Source: Candidatus Latescibacterota bacterium (GTDB taxonomy: Bacteria > Latescibacterota > UBA2968). From it: a stretch of DNA of 64,000 nucleotides. Made by a program: the position numbers and the translations under genes. Numbering within the stretch: the first letter of the stretch is position 1; each line of letters starts with the position of its first letter. Below are positions 26,979-34,883 of this stretch, piece by piece. The notes below the pieces were generated by a model, which was given only the letters and a program-made list of their open reading frames with translations, did not search any database and was not told the DNA's origin. The DNA lies in the NCBI GenBank assembly GCA_965208125.1, contig OZ242320.1, positions 4,416,001-4,480,000 on the forward strand, read 5' to 3'.

Positions 26979-28295
26979 TCAAGTAAGTTTAGCTTCCTCC
27001 ATCTGCTCCCACATCTCCTTCAATCCGTCTGCAATTCTATCCACAAACTTCTTCCTTTCTTTCTTTTTGGAGATTAGCTTCAAAGTCTTCCTGTTAGGTT
27101 CATTAAAGTTTAGATCCTCATCAGCATATTGCCACGAAGGAAACAACGGATCTAACCTACCATTTAGCGTGTTTTGTAGTTTATTGTATATGTCTAGGTA
27201 TTTATCTTTATCACATCGGACGCCAAAATAGATGTTATAACTACTGGCACTTCTATCTAATTCAACACCGAGATGAACTTGAGGTTTTATTTTACGATAT
27301 TGTGCCGGTCTTAGTTTAACTTGATAATATAGGAGGAGCTTCCCCTTCTTTCCTCTGACATATTTTTTAATCATTTTCTCCGAAATGTTTGAAAGCTCTT
27401 CATCTTTATTGGGAAAATTTCTGATTTGTTCCAAGGTGGATTCAATCTCGCACCAGAGTTTCCACAGCAATGAAATTTTTGTTCTGATCGCAGCTTCATT
27501 TAAATGGGCAAGACCAGGGTTGTCATCTTCGGAAATATTTTTAGTCAGATCATGGGCAAGAACAAAGTTATTATCTTCGGATAAAAGATCCTTTAGTTTG
27601 TTCCTGTCCTCATCTTGACACACATCAGCAGGAAATAGGGATGCGAATTCGAATAAAAGATCCTTTAGTTCCTTTCTGTACGCCTTATCGAAATCCGTAC
27701 CTGTCAATTTGAGAATGAGATGTATGTATTGTTTGATTGATTCGCTGAGTTCAGGTTCGTCATAGGCGTGCATCTGGCAACATTTCAACCAGGGGAGAAG
27801 ATCGTCTCTGTAGGAAATGGTTTGGTAAGACAGATCGCCGACACTACACTTAGAAGGATCACGTCCATCAGGCGTCAGGTACAGCAGATTTATGTCTCTG
27901 TCTCTATAACCCTCTTCCGTTAGTATGTCGTGGTATCTCTGAAGTTGCGCGGATTGATCCTTAGCATAGATCTTATTCTCAATAACGACTGCCTGTTTGG
28001 GGTTGGTGGCATCGTTGGAGATCAGGATGTCGATGTTTTTGTACTCTCGCCTGACTCTTGCACCGTCCAGTTTAAATTCTATCTCAATCTTCCGCAAGAA
28101 ATACTCCAAGTTCAAGTGCCTTTTATCAGGTGCCTGATGATCAAGCAGTGCGTGGAGAAAGCGGGAGTGGAGGTTCACTTCATCGCTTGCCTTACGCAGA
28201 ACAGTGAAGATGTTGAAAGGCTCTTTGCGTCCAGCTTCATGCATTTTGTAAATCCGAGCTGCCTGTTTCAACAATAAGCAATAATTGTCGATCAT
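26979..28295 (-). CDS. PD-(D/E)XK nuclease family protein (PDDEXK_4-like)
   Basis: FNIF..L..DEVNLHSRFL, REYKNIDILI, VVIENKI..KDQ..QLQRY, LYLTPDG; AT-rich. Confidence 0.85.
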   Translation of the reverse strand: MIDNYCLLLKQAARIYKMHEAGRKEPFNIFTVLRKASDEVNLHSRFLHALLDHQAPDKRHLNLEYFLRKIEIEFKLDGARVRREYKNIDILISNDATNPKQAVVIENKIYAKDQSAQLQRYHDILTEEGYRDRDINLLYLTPDGRDPSKCSVGDLSYQTISYRDDLLPWLKCCQMHAYDEPELSESIKQYIHLILKLTGTDFDKAYRKELKDLLFEFASLFPADVCQDEDRNKLKDLLSEDNNFVLAHDLTKNISEDDNPGLAHLNEAAIRTKISLLWKLWCEIESTLEQIRNFPNKDEELSNISEKMIKKYVRGKKGKLLLYYQVKLRPAQYRKIKPQVHLGVELDRSASSYNIYFGVRCDKDKYLDIYNKLQNTLNGRLDPLFPSWQYADEDLNFNEPNRKTLKLISKKKERKKFVDRIADGLKEMWEQMEEAKLT

Positions 28296-28404
28296 ACCAA
28301 AATCTCCGAGAGTTAAGAGGGAATAGGGGGTACGGAACTGCCCTTTTGCCGCACTTATGTTGCCAGGCTATGGTTAGCATATTGTGCCATGCTTCCCTGC
28401 ATGG

Positions 28405-31400
28405 TCATTCAGTGGGGATTATCACCAGATTTTTTTCCGTATCATTATACAATATATCAAGTTCTTGCTGAATCCCAATCGTGATCCCAATGGCTGTTAC
28501 CATTCGGCAGTAGATGCGGATATCGTTGAGATCAAGGCGGCGTTCTTTGCGGTCTTTTAGCCATTTGTCGCAGACTTGATAACCGCCGATGCGATATTCG
28601 TAAACGTCTGGAGAGATGGGGCCGAAATAGTGCGTTTTGTTGATATACATGCGGCACTCATCCGGGGCATAGTAAAAGCCCTGTGTTTTTGTCCGTGCGA
28701 CCATTGCGTCGCCTTCGCCCTCGAAGCGGCAGACAGGCGGATCGAGTTCTGGGGATGTGAGGAGATGAAGGTCGGATAGTCGTTTGCCGAGCGATGCTAC
28801 TTTGATAAACAAGGATTTGTCCGCTGTGAATGGGACGCGCGGGAAGTCGCTTCGCAAAAACTCTGCGTATTTCTCGCGGTAGGTCGGGGCATGGAGAATG
28901 GCGTAGATGTAATGGAAAATCGCCTCGGGCGATGGCTCGCTACCATGCGCGTTCTCCAGTGCTGCAAACAGATTCGGATTGAGGTTCGGTTGTCGCTCTG
29001 TTGGTTCGAGTTGCGCGAAGAGGTCATCGCGGTCAGCGGTGGGGTAGATGTAGAGAGGGAAGTTCACGTTTCCGCCACGATAAAACAGATTGAAGTCTTC
29101 TATTCTCTGTGAGCAGTAGATCAAATTCCATTCACCAGCACCGACAACATGCCCTTGGCGTCCAATACACAACGCGAGATTCTCTCCAGCCAGCATGTGT
29201 TGCATAACTTCAGGGCGAGGCATACATAAGAATCCGCGCGACCGTCCAGTATAATAGGTATGGCGCACGTCAAAGGGTCGGTAGAGGATCGGGACTGCGC
29301 TCTCACGGTTGGGACCAGACGAGAGCAAATCTTGTTGCGCCAGCGTCACTTTCCAGTCTCGTGCATCTTTGCCGAGTTCGTACGCCTGTCGCGCCAATTC
29401 CTCATCCATTTGCGAAAACGCACGTACGATGTCCCACGCTTCTTGCTCTGACCAGCGAATTGTCAGGCGGTCACGTGCGGTGACAATCCCGACACTGTTG
29501 ATTGGGAATATATCGGAAACAGAAGGGAACCGGCGATACTCGGCTTCGCGTGCGTCGTCGCGGGGGATGAACATATAGAATGGCGAGCGCGGGGTTATTT
29601 TTTGCCATTCTGTGCCGCCGAGGTCATGATCGTCCAAATAGTCATACTTGCTTTCGCGTGTGCCGTAGCGTTCGGCGTAATGTATTATTGCATCGCGCTT
29701 TTTCTTTTTGCCGCGCTTGACGAAAAAAGCGATTGCCACACCTTGACGGATATCGAAGACGTTTTTATCGGGGCTGCCGTCCGGAGCCGTCTCTTTTTTC
29801 AACGAATTGCCGTGCAGGTCGAGGATATAGATGTCGTCGAAGGTGTGCATCAGGCTTTGGCGCATGCCTCGAAAGGTGGGGTTGTCGAGGTAGCTGTGGT
29901 TGGTGATCATGCCAACGACGCCCCGCCCGGCTTGCTCAATTTTCCATTGGGCGAAACGGAGGAATTTGACGTAGTCGTCTTGAAGCCATTTCGGATTTTT
30001 CTCACCCAACGGCTCGCCATCTACCTGTTTGTACCCGCCGATCAATTCGCCTTCCACCATCTTGCCATCAATCAATTCTCGTATCCAAGTGCCGGTGTTG
30101 CTCGAATGCCCCGAGTAGGGTGGATTGCCCAGGATGAGGAGGATCGGGGTTTGCTTTTTGACAGCACCAGCCAGACGCGATTCCTCTGCCAGCGCGGAGA
30201 GGCCGGGCAAGCGGCTCTGTTCCAGTTCCTCTGTGTCGAGGGTGTTGGTGAGGTAGAAGGGCACGCGCTCGTTGTCGTCAAGGCGGTGGCCGAGTTCTTC
30301 GAGGAAAAAGCTCATTTTGAGATGGCCGACGGCATAAGGTGCCATCATCAGTTCAAGAGCATAGAAATTCTTGAGAATATGGGAGCGGATAAACTCCGTG
30401 CGCCCGCCGCTGCCGTATTTGGTCTCGAACTCTGCGACAGCTTGCTGGGCAGCTTGAGCCACAAAGGTCATGGTGCCGGCTGCGGGATCAAGCAAGGTGA
30501 CGCCATCGGAGGCGAGGCCATCGCGCTTGTCAAATTCCGTCTTGAGGAGACCGTGCAGGGATCGCACGATGTAGCCCACCACGGGTTCAGGCGTGTAATA
30601 AACGCCTCGTCGCTCACGCTCGTCAGGGTCGTATTGTGCCAGGAAGGTTTCGTAGAAATGCACGATGGGGTCGTTACCCTTGCCTTTGCGGTAGTAGCGT
30701 TCAAGAATACCGGGCGCGTCGGCCACGGCCAAAACTTCGGCGAGGTCATCTACGCACCAGGCGAGTTGATCGGGCAAGTCGTCGAGCGAGATGTAGCGGA
30801 ACAGGTCGCGCAAGACGCCGATGGTGTGCGGGATATTGTCGAATGCGATACGCCGATTGAAGCCATCGCCGGATCGGGTGCGTGCGGCGAACAGGCCGTA
30901 GGTGATGGTTTGTGCGAACAGATCAGCGAAATCGTCGGGTGTCAATGATCCGATGAGATAGGTCTGGAAGGCTTCAAAGAAACCAGCGATTCTGCTGTCC
31001 TGTTCATCGCGCAATTGCTCACCGATTACATCGCGGAGGAGGCGCGTGCGTTTTGCCAGTTCAACGGCGAGAGATTCAGCGGTAAACGTTTGGGGCAGCG
31101 CGAATTCCAGGAATCGGTTGAGGATAGTGTAGAGAGCATCTTGATTTTCGAGTGGTGGCGTTGTGCCCAGTTTATTGAGCACTATGGGACGGCCAGATAG
31201 GACGGTCTCGACGCGTTCACCATTTCGGTACAGGCGGAACTCGAGGAAGTTGGTGAGGATGAGATTTGGAAACGTGGCGCAATAGCGTTTGAGCTGTTCA
31301 GAATTTTCGATAATATCCAATCGTTCTTCGGTAGGTTTCTTGGCCTCTATATAACCGATGATGCGGTCTGTTCCATTCCAGAGTCGAAAATCGGGGTTGC

Positions 31401-31578
31401 CGCCTTCGGTGGGTCTGGGAAGAGTGGTGACGTGTACATGTGGCCTATCAGTCGCGTCAGCCATTTTCTTTAGCATATCTGCCAGTGCTGGGTAGAAGCT
31501 CTCCTCCCGTGCATCGCCTTGTTGGGCTACAGCGGTGAGATCTTTCAAATACGTTGAAAATATGGTTTTATTGTTCAT
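28405..31578 (-). CDS. Single-chain restriction-modification enzyme, Type IIG-like (nuclease + N6-adenine MTase + Type ISP-like C-terminal specificity domain)
   Basis: NPDF..GYIEAK nuclease; GVYYTPEPVV; motif I LDPAAGT; motif IV GNPPY; YRPFD; IGGYQVCDKWLKDRK; no helicase domain. Confidence 0.88.
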   Translation of the reverse strand: MNNKTIFSTYLKDLTAVAQQGDAREESFYPALADMLKKMADATDRPHVHVTTLPRPTEGGNPDFRLWNGTDRIIGYIEAKKPTEERLDIIENSEQLKRYCATFPNLILTNFLEFRLYRNGERVETVLSGRPIVLNKLGTTPPLENQDALYTILNRFLEFALPQTFTAESLAVELAKRTRLLRDVIGEQLRDEQDSRIAGFFEAFQTYLIGSLTPDDFADLFAQTITYGLFAARTRSGDGFNRRIAFDNIPHTIGVLRDLFRYISLDDLPDQLAWCVDDLAEVLAVADAPGILERYYRKGKGNDPIVHFYETFLAQYDPDERERRGVYYTPEPVVGYIVRSLHGLLKTEFDKRDGLASDGVTLLDPAAGTMTFVAQAAQQAVAEFETKYGSGGRTEFIRSHILKNFYALELMMAPYAVGHLKMSFFLEELGHRLDDNERVPFYLTNTLDTEELEQSRLPGLSALAEESRLAGAVKKQTPILLILGNPPYSGHSSNTGTWIRELIDGKMVEGELIGGYKQVDGEPLGEKNPKWLQDDYVKFLRFAQWKIEQAGRGVVGMITNHSYLDNPTFRGMRQSLMHTFDDIYILDLHGNSLKKETAPDGSPDKNVFDIRQGVAIAFFVKRGKKKKRDAIIHYAERYGTRESKYDYLDDHDLGGTEWQKITPRSPFYMFIPRDDAREAEYRRFPSVSDIFPINSVGIVTARDRLTIRWSEQEAWDIVRAFSQMDEELARQAYELGKDARDWKVTLAQQDLLSSGPNRESAVPILYRPFDVRHTYYTGRSRGFLCMPRPEVMQHMLAGENLALCIGRQGHVVGAGEWNLIYCSQRIEDFNLFYRGGNVNFPLYIYPTADRDDLFAQLEPTERQPNLNPNLFAALENAHGSEPSPEAIFHYIYAILHAPTYREKYAEFLRSDFPRVPFTADKSLFIKVASLGKRLSDLHLLTSPELDPPVCRFEGEGDAMVARTKTQGFYYAPDECRMYINKTHYFGPISPDVYEYRIGGYQVCDKWLKDRKERRLDLNDIRIYCRMVTAIGITIGIQQELDILYNDTEKNLVIIPTE

Positions 31579-31617
31579 AGAACTTGCTTTTGCTCTATCG
31601 ACGCGTTAAGTGCCTGG

Positions 31618-32253
31618 TTAGATATGTGATAGTCCAAGTCTTTGTTCCTCAACTGCCAACTCTGCTAAGGTTACTCTGGGATTCTTTAGAGCCATATCGA
31701 GAAACAAATCCGGGTTTTTCAGTATCAAAGACGCAAATGTCTTGCGGTCAATTCCCTTGTTTGAGAGACCCAAATCTTTTCGTACGGCAAGCACAAAGTC
31801 GCCCATCAAAAACATTGATTCGGCATTAGGCTCGCTGCTTTTTAAATGGCCCATCCATTTAATATAAGATCGGAGAACTTCCGATCCGCCCCACACTGTC
31901 ACTTTTCGATTCCACTCTTGAAAAAAGGAAACTAATCTGGAGTCATCCATATTGTTTTGGTTTTCAAATAGCTTGAAGAATTCCCCCAAGAACTCATCGT
32001 AGATCTCTACCTTACGTTCCCTAAAATGCGCTTCGACTGCCTGTTTCCGCTCAAGATACTTACCTATTGTAACAGTGAGAGTTGCACCGAGTACTGTGGT
32101 GAATGCAGCCACTATCCCAACAGCGAGTTTTGTGTCAACTGATACGAGGGCATCCCATATTGAGGAGATAATCCAATATATACCCCAGATCAAGGCACCG
32201 ACTACAGCAAGTGCTAAAAGGATACTCGCGGTTTTTTTGATAAATGACTTCAT
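31618..32253 (-). CDS. Hypothetical membrane protein (two N-terminal TM helices)
   Basis: Two hydrophobic segments followed by a charged helical domain. Confidence 0.75.
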   Translation of the reverse strand: MKSFIKKTASILLALAVVGALIWGIYWIISSIWDALVSVDTKLAVGIVAAFTTVLGATLTVTIGKYLERKQAVEAHFRERKVEIYDEFLGEFFKLFENQNNMDDSRLVSFFQEWNRKVTVWGGSEVLRSYIKWMGHLKSSEPNAESMFLMGDFVLAVRKDLGLSNKGIDRKTFASLILKNPDLFLDMALKNPRVTLAELAVEEQRLGLSHI

Positions 32254-32286
32254 TGCCCTGTTTCCTACATATTGTTATGCGATTAT

Positions 32287-33009
32287 TTATTTTGCCGATC
32301 TATTTTGTGTGAGCTTCGACAACACCTCGTGAAGGAGAATTTCAAACTGGGGTTTGTAAGGTTCAATTTGGGATTTTGAGGGATAAATGTCCAACTTGGC
32401 AATGGTCCTATGAGCATGGAGATCGCTGATTTTGCGTAATCCTTCTTGTAGATGTATGAAACTTTCTTTGAGGCTACGTCCGCTGTGTGCAAGCACTTGG
32501 CCAAAGGTTGTATGCCCCAAAATGGGTGGCACATAATTGAGGACAGCACGCATAGTTAATGCCGTAGCCACGATGTTGCCGTGCGAAAAACATGAATTGA
32601 TCTCTTTGCACAGTTGGACCAGAAATGTGGTATCAAAATTTGATGACGACACTTCTTGAAGTTGATCGATTACTACTGGCTGAATAATTTGGTTGGGAGT
32701 TGCTACACTAAGTGCATCGCTATTGACATGATTCAGCGCGGTTTCAATGTCTATGAGGAGGACTTCAAGTTCTGCATGGGCCTCATAGACGGAAAAAATA
32801 TTATCGATTTCAACATCAAGGTTATTGAGCCGTTCCCTTTCGGGTTCTGGAAGTAGCGGAGATGCCAACCTTTGGAGTTGGATTACAAGATGGCGAAACC
32901 CAATGCAAACCGCTGTTTGCCTATCGAGGTCATCACCAGGTCCACAAAATCTAAAAGCCCGCGTATCTTCAATAATTTCAAAAATGCGTTCAATTTTAGT
33001 CGTGGGCAT
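32287..33009 (-). CDS. Hypothetical protein with a possible C-terminal HEPN-like domain
   Basis: LCKEINSC...MRAVL...RKISDLH (Rx5H); AT-rich island gene. Confidence 0.6.
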   Translation of the reverse strand: MPTTKIERIFEIIEDTRAFRFCGPGDDLDRQTAVCIGFRHLVIQLQRLASPLLPEPERERLNNLDVEIDNIFSVYEAHAELEVLLIDIETALNHVNSDALSVATPNQIIQPVVIDQLQEVSSSNFDTTFLVQLCKEINSCFSHGNIVATALTMRAVLNYVPPILGHTTFGQVLAHSGRSLKESFIHLQEGLRKISDLHAHRTIAKLDIYPSKSQIEPYKPQFEILLHEVLSKLTQNRSAK

Positions 33010-33069
33010 TTTCCTATTGTCCAGAGCTTAATGTAAATAGAGATAACATTTGTCGGTTTCCAATGATCT

Positions 33070-33579
33070 CTATTTTTTTTCTCCCAAGTAAGCATCAGGT
33101 TCGTTATCCGGTTCCCAGGCTTTCAGAGCTTCGTCTGTGGTCCAGATATGCACTGGCGAACCCCGTCTCTGATATCTTTCGCGCTTGAGCCTGTGGGCCT
33201 CGTCAATTAAGGTACTGTCGCTTAAATCAATGTCCTGGATGACGTGATTATTGACAAAGCTCACGATCAAGTTTTTGAAGGTATCGGGTTGTTGGGAGGG
33301 GATGATCGTCCACGGCATTCCATCGTTGAGGCTCGATAGAACGGTATCTCGCACCTGTTCTGCCAATGACCGACGTACGTTGCCGTTAGGGACATCAGAG
33401 ATGTGATTCGCTAATTCGTATATGGATGGGACAGTGACGTACAGCCGTGCTTTATTCTCGACAGCGGAGGTAAGGAGGCTTTTTATCTTATCTTGTGCTT
33501 TTGGGTTAGTGCACTTGGGAACTGCAAATATCTCCAGCAAATAACTCGTATCAATCACATACACTCGCGGCGAGTTCAT
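33070..33579 (-). CDS. PIN domain protein
   Basis: VIDTSYL, YELANHI, DLSD, IWTTDEAL acidic tetrad; ATGA overlap with the ATPase stop. Confidence 0.8.
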   Translation of the reverse strand: MNSPRVYVIDTSYLLEIFAVPKCTNPKAQDKIKSLLTSAVENKARLYVTVPSIYELANHISDVPNGNVRRSLAEQVRDTVLSSLNDGMPWTIIPSQQPDTFKNLIVSFVNNHVIQDIDLSDSTLIDEAHRLKRERYQRRGSPVHIWTTDEALKAWEPDNEPDAYLGEKK

Positions 33580-34883
33580 GGTAGAGCCTCAACCCACTCT
33601 CGCATCTTTTGGTGATGCTGTTTCTCGAACTCGGGCGCGAGATATTGCTCAATGACACGGCGTGATACGAGATCTCCTAACTGTCCACGCTCGAGCAATT
33701 CATCGGATCTCGGTAAGCTGTCCAAAGCAACAAGATCGGCGGCTTGCTTTTCCTCGCTCCAGGTACAAAGAACGACCCCTTTCATCTGCTCGGCAGTCAA
33801 ATTGTTCATGGTAGCGGGATTATGCGTCGTGACCAGCACGCGCAGGTCCCGGCGTTCAATCGCATCCGCTATTGCAGAGGTCAGAACGCCTACGCGACTT
33901 GGATGCAGGCCATTATCAAACTCTTCCACAATAATATGCGAACCTTGCTGGACGGTCTCCAGAGCCGTCAGAATAGCGAGCATTCGCAAGGTGCCATCAG
34001 ACAATGAACGGGCATCGGCTGTATAACCCGTTTTTTCGCGTAACCTAAAAATCACGTCGCCGAGATCTGTTGCTGTAAAGCTAAACTCTTCATAAGGCTC
34101 GTCCGGAAGCTGACTTATTTGCGAAAGCAACCGATCTAAAGATGCCCGCTGAGTCTCGTTTCCATCGGTAAGCGAGTAAAGCACTGCCGATAGATTTGCT
34201 CCATCTTTAGAGAGAATATTGTTCCCGATCCGCTCGTAGCCGTGCATCAATTTTGGATTTGGATCGAAGACAAATGAGGCTTGCAAGTGGCGCATGACTG
34301 CTCGCACCAGCCGATTGCATTCTTTGATGTTGCGATTTTTCTGTGCGATTTCTCGATACTGAGATAGGACGGAACGCTCTGATGAGGCCGCTGTTTGGGG
34401 ATTCTTTCCGCCGCGGGCAAAGTTGTCATATTTCACCGCTAAGTCACGAGATGGTGATTCAGGGTTCTTGGGCAGTGTTTCGTAGATTATACGGCCATCG
34501 AATCTCAACTCCTCTTTCAGTATCTGAGGGTGTGGTTGAGTACAAATATGTAGTGAGTAGATGACTGGTTTGTATGCACCACGGCCAAGCCTTAAAGTAG
34601 CCTCAAACTCTAATGAGAATATGTCTTGACCCGTGCGACCACAAGCCTGAAGACCGCCGCGGATCTGGAGGCCAGTTTCGGTGCGACCAACATCAGCAAT
34701 CTCATAGAGGGGTTGACCTCGTGAGACAAAGGAAAGCAACTCGATTGCTTCAATGACGTTCGTCTTGCCCGATCCGTTTGGGCCGATCAGCAGTGTGAAC
34801 GGGTGCAGCAGTTCAATACTGACGTCTTTGAATCCTTTGAAGTTCTTGAAGTAGTGCATTGGGAAGCCTTTTGGTCCGCTCAA
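33576..34883 (-). CDS. ABC/SMC-like AAA ATPase (AAA_21 / RecF-like)
   Basis: KNFKGF, Walker A GPNGSGKT, signature LSDGT, Walker B/D-loop IVEEFDNGLHP, H-loop VTTHNP; alternative start at 34859. Confidence 0.9.
   Translation of the reverse strand: MSGPKGFPMHYFKNFKGFKDVSIELLHPFTLLIGPNGSGKTNVIEAIELLSFVSRGQPLYEIADVGRTETGLQIRGGLQACGRTGQDIFSLEFEATLRLGRGAYKPVIYSLHICTQPHPQILKEELRFDGRIIYETLPKNPESPSRDLAVKYDNFARGGKNPQTAASSERSVLSQYREIAQKNRNIKECNRLVRAVMRHLQASFVFDPNPKLMHGYERIGNNILSKDGANLSAVLYSLTDGNETQRASLDRLLSQISQLPDEPYEEFSFTATDLGDVIFRLREKTGYTADARSLSDGTLRMLAILTALETVQQGSHIIVEEFDNGLHPSRVGVLTSAIADAIERRDLRVLVTTHNPATMNNLTAEQMKGVVLCTWSEEKQAADLVALDSLPRSDELLERGQLGDLVSRRVIEQYLAPEFEKQHHQKMREWVEALP

Noticed and set aside
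29602-30948. 448-aa plus-strand ORF
   Set aside because: Lies wholly antisense to the GC-rich MTase core; no recognisable motifs; typical shadow ORF
28405-31578. Full Type ISP (ATP-dependent) enzyme
   Set aside because: No SF2 helicase motifs, and at 1057 aa too short to hold one
31579-33069. Integron cassette array interpretation (ATCTAAC at the 31618 stop, GCATAAC near 32275 on the minus strand)
   Set aside because: Only inverse-core-like heptamers are visible; spacers are too short and lack a complementary GTTRRRY arm; no integrase. At most eroded attC remnants; IntegronFinder would decide
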